This document shows, one piece after another, positions 8,467 to 15,707 of a DNA stretch of 24,000 bases. Where the stretch lies: positions 20,635 through 44,634 of the forward strand of contig CAVSVG010000003.1 of the NCBI GenBank assembly GCA_963731195.1, in the 5' to 3' direction. The stretch's first letter is position 1, and each line of letters begins with the position of its first letter. The stretch comes from an uncultured Actinomycetota bacterium. GTDB taxonomy: Bacteria > Actinomycetota > Actinomycetes > Mycobacteriales > Mycobacteriaceae. The position numbers and the translations under genes are program-made. A model generated the notes under the pieces. The model was not told where the DNA came from, made no database searches, and was given only the letters and a program-made list of their open reading frames with translations.

Positions 8467-9087
8467 ATGATCCCCGGCATGACTCCCGACGCAGTGACGC
8501 CGCCGGCTCATCCGCTTTTCGAGCAGCCGTGGCCCGAAGGCGAGTTCCGGTTCTTCCAGCTCGGCCATGTCGTCGACGATGTATTCGCTGCCGCCGCCTC
8601 CTGGGTGCGGGCGTTCGGGGTGGGGCCGTTTCACGTCCTGCCGGTGGTCGAACAGCAGGCCAACTACGGTGCCGAGCCTCGCACGGTCAAGATCCAGGTC
8701 GCCGTCGCACAAGCGGGTCCGGTGCAGATCGAGTTGATCCAACAGCACTGCGACACGCCGAGCATCTTCGGTGACTGGAGCCGTGGCGGTGCCTCCGCTT
8801 TTCACCAGATCGCCACGGTGACAAACGATTACGATGGAAAGAAGGCTCACTTCGAGGCGCTCGGCTACGAGATCGCTGCCGAGAGTCTCGGCGGCAAGTT
8901 CCGTGTCGCATATGTCGACACCGCGGCGGACTTCGGGTTCTACACCGAAGTCGTCGAGAGCACCCCGCGCTTTCTCGAACAGTTGCGCGCGATTTCCGAC
9001 ACCTGCGCCGGCTGGGACGGCATCGACCCCGTCAGGATCATGACGCGGGACGGCTACCGGGTGCCCGAGGAATCCAGCGGGCAGTGA
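8467..9087 (+). CDS. VOC (glyoxalase/bleomycin-resistance/dioxygenase fold) family protein
   Basis: This is an uninterrupted 206-aa ORF with good coding character. The pattern FFQLGHVVDDVFAAAASW...IELIQ...FHQIATVTNDYDGKKAHFEALGYEI...AYVDTAADFGFYTEVVE is typical of VOC proteins. The start could instead be ATG 8479. Confidence 0.55.
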   Translation: MIPGMTPDAVTPPAHPLFEQPWPEGEFRFFQLGHVVDDVFAAAASWVRAFGVGPFHVLPVVEQQANYGAEPRTVKIQVAVAQAGPVQIELIQQHCDTPSIFGDWSRGGASAFHQIATVTNDYDGKKAHFEALGYEIAAESLGGKFRVAYVDTAADFGFYTEVVESTPRFLEQLRAISDTCAGWDGIDPVRIMTRDGYRVPEESSGQ

Positions 9088-9233
9088 TGCGGACTTCATC
9101 CAAGCGCCAACCCCATGTCGATAGACTCTAAAGTCTTAGAGACGACTCGGCGCAACCATCAGGACCGAGGACACAGGAGGACGCAGTGGGCGGTGCCGAC
9201 CTGACGGGTCCGCTGCGCGGTACCGGCACGCCG

Positions 9234-10123
9234 ATGGAAACGGCCATCCTCCGAGGCGCTCGACAATCTGGAGCTCGCCCTGCAGCTGGAACCACGGGGT
9301 GAGGATCGGTTTCGGGCACACAACGAACCGAGTCGCTTCGGCCGCACCTTTGGCGGCCAACTCCTTGCGCAGGCCATGCACGCCGCCACGGCAACGGTCA
9401 GCGACCACGCCCCGCATTCCCTGCACGCCTACTTCGTTTCGTCAGGCGCGTCGGACGTGCCGCTCGACATCATCGTCGACCGGGTGCGCGATGGGCGTTC
9501 CATGGCTACCCGGCACGTGGACGTGGTGCAGGACGGCCGCAGGATTCTCACAGCGATCGCGTCCTTTCACACCAATCCCCAGGAACCCGAACTCGTCCAG
9601 CGCCCCGGTGGTCATGCCGCCGCCCGACGAAACGCCTCTGCTGCAGCACTGGGTCCAGCACGTCCCGACCGAAATGCGAGACAGGGCGCAGACCTGGATC
9701 GACGTCCCACCCCCGCTGGAGATGAGGATCGCCGAGCCGCCCACCTTCATGGGTGGCGCGCAGCAGGCCGGACCCCGCTCGCACTGGATGCGCCTGCCGC
9801 GAGACATCGGTGATCGGCCCGCCGTGCACAGCGCGATGCTCGCCTACGCGAGCGACTACCTGCTGCTCGACATGGCGTCTCGAAGCCATCCCGACAAGGT
9901 CGACTACGCATCCTTTGCCGCCGTGAGCCTGGACCACTCCATCTGGCTGCACCGGCCGGTGCGGTTCGACCAGTGGCATCTCCATACGCAGGAAACCGTG
10001 TCGGTCACCGGGCATCGCGCCTTCATTCGTGGCCTGATTCACGACGCGGGCGGGCATCTCGTGGCCAGCACCGCCCAAGAGGTCCTCGTCAGACCCATCA
10101 CCAACCCAAGCGCGACGACGTAG
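9234..10123 (+). pseudogene. tesB: Acyl-CoA thioesterase II, two frameshifts
   Basis: ATG 9234 (METAIL) is followed by an extra base near 9250-9252. The first hot-dog domain is in frame 1 (EALDNLELALQLEPRGEDRFRAHNEPSRFGRTFGGQLLAQAMHAAT...ILTAIASFHTNPQEPELV). The second domain is in frame 2 (APVVMPPPDETPLL...HSAMLAYASDYLLLD...SLDHSIWLHRPVRFDQWHLH...GLIHDAGGHLVASTAQEVLVR). The second switch is near the CCCC run at 9603-9606. Confidence 0.75.
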
Positions 10124-10134
10124 GTGGTTCATCA

Positions 10135-10312
10135 ATGGTCAACGACGACGTGTTCGATCTCACCGGCCGCGTTGCGCTGGTGACAGGAGGCGGAACCGGC
10201 ATCGGAGCTGCGACCGCGATGCTGCTCGCCAAGCACGGCGCAGACGTCGCCATCGCCGCTCGCACGGTCGCCGACCTGGAGCGAACCGCCGCCGCTATCG
10301 AGGCGGGTGGTG
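10135..10312 (+). pseudogene. Short-chain dehydrogenase/reductase, 5' fragment only, truncated at the IS right end
   Basis: MVNDDVFDLTGRVALVTGGGTGIGAATAMLLAKHGADVAIAARTVADLERTAAAIEAGGG covers only the Rossmann beta1-alpha3 region. The ORF then runs into IS-derived sequence (CRTNRFDALPP) and stops at TGA 10348-10350, inside the IS hairpin. Confidence 0.6.
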
Positions 10313-10520
10313 GTTGTCGTACCAACCGATTTGACGCGCTCCCGCCATGAATGGCGGGGTTCCCTTACGGCTACGCCGCTGTCGGGGTGCTTCCTGCTTC
10401 AACGCCCACTGCCCCAACGGATTGCGGTCTTACACGGGCTCCACAGTCGTTTAGTCTCTCCGCCCGCCCGGCGGCGAGAATGACTTTGGCGGCGTTGTGG
10501 TCGCGGTCGTGAACCACACC
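10313..10520 (-). ncRNA. Putative TnpB guide RNA (omega-RNA/reRNA) overlapping the tnpB 3' end and the IS right end
   Basis: The position is inferred from known TnpB systems, where the scaffold spans the 3' end of tnpB to the right end. The terminal GC stem-loop at 10341-10358 is seen directly. The extent and 5' end were not determined. Confidence 0.3.
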
Positions 10521-11579
10521 GCACGACGGGCATGCCCACTGGCGGACGTACAGCGGCAGTTCCTCGAGCCGGCGCCCGCACGCCGAGCAGGTCTTGGTCG
10601 ACGCCAACCATCGCGATACCCGGTGCAGGGTGCGCCCATAGCGGTCGGCTTTCTCGCCGATGATCCGCACGAACTGACCCCAACCGGCATCCGAAATCGC
10701 GCGAGCGAGCCGCCGGTTTTTGACCATGCCCAGAATGTTGAGGTCTTCGACGTGGATCACTTGGTTCTCGCGAACCAACGACAAAGCCTGCTTGTGGTGA
10801 AAGTCCCTCCGAGCACGGGCCACCTGGTTGTGCGCGACGGCGACCTTGCGCCGCGCCTTTTCCCTGTTGATCGATCCCTTCTGCCGGCGGGACTTCTCCC
10901 GCTCCAGTCTGCGCAACTTCCGCAGCTTCCGACCGTGATGCTTCGGATTTGCCACGTCGGTGCGGGCGCCGTCACTGTAGGCAACCGTCGCCAACCGCGT
11001 GATCCCAACGTCTACCCCGGCCTCGCGCTCCAGGGCCGGCAGAGGCGATGCTGGCACGTCGACGACGAAACTGGCGTAGAAATGACCGTCAGGTTCACCG
11101 ATGATCGTGACCGACGACGGTACGCACGGCAGCTCGCGGGACCAGCGCACCCGTACCTCGCCAACCTTGGCTACAAACAGCCGCCCATGGGGTCGCAGAG
11201 AGAATCCGTTGCGAGTGAGCCGGAATGATTGCCGGTGATCCTTGCGAGACTTCATGCGTGGCCGGCCTACCCTGCGACCCTTGCGCTTACCGGTCGCCGA
11301 GTCGAAGAAGTTACGCCACGCCCGACGCGAATCATTGACCGATTGCACCAACGCCACACTGGGCACCTCGGCCAGCCATCTGCGTTGCTCAGTTGCCTTG
11401 GCCGCGGTGATAACGCGCCGCTGAATTTCGGAATCCGTCAACTCGATTCCGGCGCGATGGGCCTCGCCGCGCACGCGCAGTGCGTCGTTGAACACCACTC
11501 GAGCGCAACCGAACACCCGCGCCAGCATCGCCTGCTGAGCCGGTGTCGGTTCGATGCGGTACCGGTAACGCAGCTGCAT
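10371..11579 (-). CDS. tnpB: TnpB (OrfB_IS605) RNA-guided endonuclease, apparently intact
   Basis: The 402-aa product has the N-terminal HTH_OrfB pattern MQLRYRYRIEPTPAQQAMLARVFGCARVVFNDAL. The RuvC triad is present (GVDVGITRLA, VIHVEDLNILG, VVHDRDHNAAKVIL), as is the zinc ribbon CSACG...CPSCG. Confidence 0.9.
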   Translation of the reverse strand: MQLRYRYRIEPTPAQQAMLARVFGCARVVFNDALRVRGEAHRAGIELTDSEIQRRVITAAKATEQRRWLAEVPSVALVQSVNDSRRAWRNFFDSATGKRKGRRVGRPRMKSRKDHRQSFRLTRNGFSLRPHGRLFVAKVGEVRVRWSRELPCVPSSVTIIGEPDGHFYASFVVDVPASPLPALEREAGVDVGITRLATVAYSDGARTDVANPKHHGRKLRKLRRLEREKSRRQKGSINREKARRKVAVAHNQVARARRDFHHKQALSLVRENQVIHVEDLNILGMVKNRRLARAISDAGWGQFVRIIGEKADRYGRTLHRVSRWLASTKTCSACGRRLEELPLYVRQWACPSCGVVHDRDHNAAKVILAAGRAERLNDCGARVRPQSVGAVGVEAGSTPTAA

Positions 11580-11689
11580 AATCCGACTTTAAGGCCGAGC
11601 TGTGACAACCCAGACCTGTCGTCGCCGCCTACACAGCGTGTCGATGCTGCACGCGCACCTAAGCCTTCGGGAAAGCAAGCCGAAGCTGC

Positions 11690-12043
11690 ACCCTCGACGA
11701 CGCCGACGAGCTGCATGAGTTCTTCCACACGCTGGGGAGGGTCAAGCGGGTCGAGAAGGTTGCCCGCAGGCTCGCAGGCAGTGCACGCGAGTTCAGCCTG
11801 TCGATTTCGAATGTGCCAGGTCCGCGCTCGCCCGTCGGCGTCGCGGGCCGTCGGGTACAGCATCTGTTCTCGTCGTCTGAGCCCGGCGCCCATCATGCAC
11901 TGCGTATTTCGGCCATCTCATGTGCCGGGGATTTCGGCATCGAGGTGTGCGGTGATCCGCAGGCGCTGCCGCACATCACGCGACTCGCCGACGCGATCGA
12001 GAACTCCTATGTCGAATTGCGTTCAGCGGCAATAAAATGGTGA
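11690..12043 (+). pseudogene. WS/DGAT (wax ester synthase/diacylglycerol acyltransferase) 3' fragment
   Basis: The frame is open from 11663. The product ...LDDADELHEFFHTLGRVKRVEKVARRLAGSARELSLSISNVPGPRSPVGVAGRRVQHLFSSSEPGAHHALRISAISCAGDFGIEVCGDPQALPHITRLADAIENSYVELR matches the conserved C-terminal NVPGP...Y/V.AG block of WS/DGAT. The N-terminal roughly 350 aa, including the HHxxxDG motif, are absent. Confidence 0.65.
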
Positions 12044-12094
12044 ATACATAAGCCGCGCATAGCCCAATCTCAGCGCCCGCGCTTTCCTGGAGTC

Positions 12095-12360
12095 ATGTCA
12101 ATGAAGGAACAGCCCGTCGTGCTGATCACGCATGTGGATTCCGACGCCGGACATCGGCGTGCCCGCGAGTTGCTCGCCGGCGGTCACCGAGTGGTGGTCA
12201 CTGCCGACCATGCGTCCCGGCTCACGCGAATCCTGTTAGGGCAGAACGCCGATCAGATGATCGCGATCGCGGCCGACCTGTCCGATCCGCGGCAGCGCGC
12301 GCGGTTGGTCCAACGCACCGAGGAACGGTTCGGCCACATCACCTGGATCGTCAGCGGCCT
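12095..12360 (+). pseudogene. SDR-like N-terminal stub (about 88 aa) with a degenerate glycine motif; possibly a gene remnant
   Basis: MSMKEQPVVLITHVDSDAGHRRARELLAGGHRVVVTADHASRL...IAADLSDPRQRARLVQRTEERFGHITWIVSG resembles SDR beta1-beta4. Beyond about 12360 the ORF is just the antisense of ltaE and has no SDR features. Confidence 0.35.
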
Positions 12361-13426
12361 AGGACGAGGTCAACCGAGCGGCCTCCGCGACGAACGCGTC
12401 GACGTCCTCTGCTTGCGTATCGAAGCTGCACACCCAGCGCACCTCACCTGTGGACACGTCCCAGTCGTAGAACCGGAAGCTCTCACGCAGCCGGTCGGCG
12501 ACACCCGCAGGCAAGCGGGCGAACACAGCATTCGCCTGCGTCTTCTGGGTGAACGCGATACCGCGGATGCTGCCATCGGCGATACCCGCCTCCATCCGCG
12601 ACCGCAGCCGCGCGGCCATCGCATTCGCGTGTCGGGCGTTGCGTAGATACAGGTCGCCGTCGAGCAGTGCGAGCAGCTGCGCGGAGACGAAGCGCATCTT
12701 CGATGCGAGCTGCATCTGGTGCTTGCGCAGATAGATCAGCCCGGCGGAGGCCGCGACGTCGAGCACCAGGATCGCCTCCGCACCCAGCGCGCCGTCCTTC
12801 GTGCCGCCGAAGGTGACGACGTCGACGCCTGCGTCGGTGGTGAAGGCGCGCAGCGGCAGGTCGAGCGTCGCGGCGGCGTTCGACAAGCGGGCGCCGTCCA
12901 TGAAGACGCGCATCCCGCGCTCGTGCGCGTAGTCGCTTATCGCCCGTATCTCGTCGGGCGTGTAGACGGTGCCCAGCTCGCTGGATTGGGTGATGTAGAC
13001 GACGAGCGGCTGCGCCCGGTGCTCGTCACCCCATCCCCAGGCTTCCTCGGCGATGAGATCCGGCGTCAGCTTGCCGTCGGCCGTCGGAATCGGCAGCAGC
13101 TTGATGCCTGCGGCCTTCTCCGGCGCCCCGCCCTCGTCGGCGTGGATGTGCGCCGTCTTTGCACAGACGACCGCTCCCCAGCGGGGCAGCATCGAGAGCA
13201 GACCGACGACGTTGGCGCCGGTGCCGTTGAACACCGGGAAGGCCTGCACACCCGCACCGAAGTGCTGTGCGCACACCTCTTGCAGTCGGGCTGTGTAGAC
13301 GTCCTCGCCGTAGGAGACCTGGTGTCCGTCGTTGGCGTCGGCGATGGCAGAGAGCACCTCGGGGTGCACACCTGCGTAGTTGTCGGAAGCGAAGCCACGG
13401 ACCGTGGTGTCGTGAAATGGGCTCAC
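12359..13426 (-). CDS. ltaE: Low-specificity L-threonine aldolase (beta-eliminating lyase family, PLP-dependent)
   Basis: GTG 13426 starts a 355-aa product: VSPFHDTTVRGFASDNYAGVHPEVLSAIADAN...FNGTGANVVGL...VYITQSSELGTVYTPDEIRAISDYAHERGMRVFMDGARLSNAAA...DVVTFGGTKDGA. The 732-aa track ORF is this gene plus a spurious upstream extension. Confidence 0.85.
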   Translation of the reverse strand: MSPFHDTTVRGFASDNYAGVHPEVLSAIADANDGHQVSYGEDVYTARLQEVCAQHFGAGVQAFPVFNGTGANVVGLLSMLPRWGAVVCAKTAHIHADEGGAPEKAAGIKLLPIPTADGKLTPDLIAEEAWGWGDEHRAQPLVVYITQSSELGTVYTPDEIRAISDYAHERGMRVFMDGARLSNAAATLDLPLRAFTTDAGVDVVTFGGTKDGALGAEAILVLDVAASAGLIYLRKHQMQLASKMRFVSAQLLALLDGDLYLRNARHANAMAARLRSRMEAGIADGSIRGIAFTQKTQANAVFARLPAGVADRLRESFRFYDWDVSTGEVRWVCSFDTQAEDVDAFVAEAARLTSS

Positions 13427-13432
13427 GACTGA

Positions 13433-13440
13433 AAAATATA
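13433..13440 (-). promoter_or_regulatory. Candidate -10 element (TATATTTT) for a leaderless ltaE transcript
   Basis: The minus strand reads CCC-TATATTTTT-CAGTC-GTG. The TANNNT hexamer TATTTT (13438-13433) puts its last T 7 nt before the G of GTG 13426. No Shine-Dalgarno sequence is present. This is an AT-rich island in a GC-rich genome. Confidence 0.4.
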
Positions 13441-13548
13441 GGGAAACACCCGATTCCTCCCCGCCCCATCTCTCCTTAGTCTGCTTGCGGAGTCCAAATG
13501 GTCCGTGACTCTTACAGTTCAGCAGCGAGCTGTGGGTCGGCCCGCCAC

Positions 13549-14718
13549 CTACACCGTGGCGGGCCGCCCTGTATCGGCGGCGCGCACGCTGTTGAGCACG
13601 GTCTGACCCTGTTGGTCGACGAAGTGGGTGAACAGCTCCTGCGCGAAGCCGAAGACCAGCGCCCACGCAAGGATCTGTGCGGTGGTGTCGAGCGCGTTCA
13701 GGCCGGGAACGAATTGACCACGCATGAGCAGCAAGCCGAGGAACGCGGTCGTCGCGCCCGTTGGGAGTTTCAGCGCGGCCAGTGCAAGCGGCAGACCATG
13801 GCGTTCCGATGAGCCTTTGATGTTCCTGATGGCGGCCGCGGCCGCGACCGCGGCGGCGGCAAGCCCGACAAGCTCGACGACCATGATGTCTTCTGGCTTG
13901 GCCGTCTCGGCGACCACATCGTCGATGTCTCGCTGCGGCGTATCTCCCTGGACCGCCAGGCCGGCCTGCGACGGGGTGAACGGTTCGGACTGGCCCGTCG
14001 GGCACACCACCACCGCTTTGCCGGACTCCTCCGGCGCGAAGCACAGCGGAAGCCAGGTCGGGCGGAGGAAGCCCATCAGCGCGACCGCGAACGCAAGCAC
14101 CGCCATGAGCACGGTCGTCAGCACCACGACATTGCGGAAGCTGCGCAACCGCACGTTGACTCGCAGGGCCTCCGAGCTCGCCGCCCGGACCGTCGTGACG
14201 ATCTTGCCGCGCTCCCTGTGCACCCCGTCGTGGTCGTGTACTTCGCCTGCTATCCGCTCGAACTCGTGTCGTCCCGGGTCGGACGGGCGGAGATGACGCT
14301 GCACGTGGCGGAGCAGCGATGGCATCTGCCCGAGTAGGTAGTCGGGCGGCGCGAAGTTGAGAAGTTGAGCCTCCGCGGCGTCGAGGTTGCTCCTCGCCCG
14401 CTCGATGAGAGGCCCGTCGCGAAAGATCCGGAACCGCTTCCGCGGGTCCAGCTTCTTGCCGAGCGCCGCGTCCCTTGCCGCCGCGAGGTGACACTTGACC
14501 GCCCCCACCAGAACCTGATCGCCGTCGTGCGTGTGCTTCGTGGTGATCCAGTCGCACAACGCCTCCAGTTCATAGGCTCGCGTCAGGGTGCCTTCGCGCC
14601 AAGCCACCGAAACCGGTCCCCCGATCGGCTGAAGGTGTGTTCGATTCGCCGATGGCGAATGGCTTGGCCCGCGGCCGTTGCCATTGAGTTGGCCGTCCGC
14701 GATTGTGGTTTCGCTCAT
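13549..14718 (-). CDS. Hypothetical membrane protein: about 200-aa soluble N-domain plus 4 predicted TM helices, family not recognised
   Basis: This is an uninterrupted 389-aa ORF with good coding character. The TM segments are VVVLTTVLMAVLAFAVALMGFL, IMVVELVGLAAAAVAAAAAI, LPLALAALKLPTGATTAFLGLLLM and AQILAWALVFGFAQELF. A Cys pair (LPLCFAPEESGKAVVVCPTG) lies in the loop after TM1. Confidence 0.7.
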   Translation of the reverse strand: MSETTIADGQLNGNGRGPSHSPSANRTHLQPIGGPVSVAWREGTLTRAYELEALCDWITTKHTHDGDQVLVGAVKCHLAAARDAALGKKLDPRKRFRIFRDGPLIERARSNLDAAEAQLLNFAPPDYLLGQMPSLLRHVQRHLRPSDPGRHEFERIAGEVHDHDGVHRERGKIVTTVRAASSEALRVNVRLRSFRNVVVLTTVLMAVLAFAVALMGFLRPTWLPLCFAPEESGKAVVVCPTGQSEPFTPSQAGLAVQGDTPQRDIDDVVAETAKPEDIMVVELVGLAAAAVAAAAAIRNIKGSSERHGLPLALAALKLPTGATTAFLGLLLMRGQFVPGLNALDTTAQILAWALVFGFAQELFTHFVDQQGQTVLNSVRAADTGRPATV

Positions 14719-14879
14719 TGGTCCCCCTGTATGTAATGCCGTGCCGAGGTGACCAAATTCTGAGCGTGCCTGCCCTATCGGGGCACGAGTAACCCGCTAC
14801 TCGATTTCACGGAAAGGACGCGCGGACTTTGCGGGTGCGAAACCGAGCAAAAGGGAGCGAGATAGCGCACCCTTTTAGA

Positions 14880-15707
14880 ATGACGAAGCTATTTCGTGGC
14901 AATCCCCGGCTGCTTCTTCAAGTGCTGCCGGTGGCCGCCGTCATGATCCTGCTCAAATGGCTTTACGACCTGAGTTCGGCCAAACATCTCGAGCTCAGCC
15001 CGCTGCTCGGCGGCGTCATCGCCGCCGAGGTCTTCATCGTCGGATTCATCCTGAGCGGCACCGCCGCCGACTTCAAGGAGGCCGAACGGCTGCCCGGCGA
15101 GGTGGTCGGCAGCTTGGACTCGATCGCCGATGAATGTCTGATAATGGACACCGAACTCAAACTTCCAGAAGCCCGTCAGTGTCTCTCGCTATTGGCAGAC
15201 ATCGGGGCCTCGATCCACCAATGGCTTTTGAGCGGCGACGGTTTCGACGATGTGCTCGACCTCCTGCGTCGGCTCAATCCGCTGTTCATTGTTTTCGCGC
15301 CGAAGATTCAGGCCGGCTTCACGACTCGGCTGAAGGGAGAGCAGGCCAACATTCGCAGGGTGGTGATCAGGATGGACACGATTCGCCGCACTTCGTATGT
15401 GTCTGCCGGGTATCTGATCGCCGAAGTCACCGGGTTGATGATCCTGGTACTCCTGCTGATCACCCAGGTCGGACAGCTTGCGCCGACGCTGCTGGTGGTC
15501 GGCGTGATCACCTACCTGCTGGTGTATGCGATCGCGATGATCCGCGATATCGACAATCCGTTCGAGTACCACAACGGCAAGCCCGGCGCGGCGGACGTGG
15601 ATCTCGGCGTCCTCGAGTCGTGCGAACGCCGCCTCCGCGGTCTTGCGGCGGCGATGGGCGGCGATCGCGGCGTCGAGGAGCGGTCTGCGACTACCCTGAC
15701 CCCGTGA
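14880..15707 (+). CDS. Bestrophin-like (UPF0187/DUF4239-type) membrane protein
   Basis: PLLGGVIAAEVFIVGFILSGTAADFKEAERLPGEVVGSL parallels the conserved helix plus F.EAR..WG region of bacterial bestrophins. The C-terminal IRDIDNPFEYHNGKPGAADVDLGVLE parallels the E.EDPFG...D.L motif. I prefer ATG 14880 over TTG 14829. Confidence 0.55.
   Translation: MTKLFRGNPRLLLQVLPVAAVMILLKWLYDLSSAKHLELSPLLGGVIAAEVFIVGFILSGTAADFKEAERLPGEVVGSLDSIADECLIMDTELKLPEARQCLSLLADIGASIHQWLLSGDGFDDVLDLLRRLNPLFIVFAPKIQAGFTTRLKGEQANIRRVVIRMDTIRRTSYVSAGYLIAEVTGLMILVLLLITQVGQLAPTLLVVGVITYLLVYAIAMIRDIDNPFEYHNGKPGAADVDLGVLESCERRLRGLAAAMGGDRGVEERSATTLTP

Larger units (their letters stand above)
10313..11690 (-). mobile_element. 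TnpB-only IS200/IS605-family element (IS1341-like), no tnpA; boundaries approximate (+/- about 40 bp)
   Basis: An intact tnpB is flanked by unrelated gene fragments. A GC hairpin CCCGCCAT-GA-ATGGCGGG at 10341-10358 lies 13 bp past the tnpB stop. A small hairpin GGTTG-TCGTAC-CAACC sits at 10312-10327. An imperfect hairpin AGC(C)TTCGG-GAAAGCAAG-CCGAAGCT at about 11662-11687 sits at the other end, next to where WS/DGAT-like coding resumes. Confidence 0.6.

Noticed and set aside
2910-10123. Programmed ribosomal frameshifting or recoding as an explanation for the split genes
   Set aside because: There are too many events in unrelated housekeeping-type families, with shifts in both directions. I saw no slippery heptamer or downstream structure at the switch points. 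Mutation or sequence error is far more likely.
10497-12035. Plus-strand ORFs 10497-11228 and 11229-12035 across the IS
   Set aside because: Both are antisense to tnpB or in the wrong frame relative to the WS/DGAT fragment. Neither has motifs. The 11229 ORF reads straight through the IS end, which is not biologically sensible.
13427-14557. N-terminal 376 aa of the 732-aa track ORF 12359-14557
   Set aside because: Only the last 355 codons (from GTG 13426) are threonine aldolase. The upstream part is Arg/Gly-rich, crosses an intergenic AT-rich promoter region, and overlaps out of frame with the well-formed membrane-protein ORF 13549-14718.
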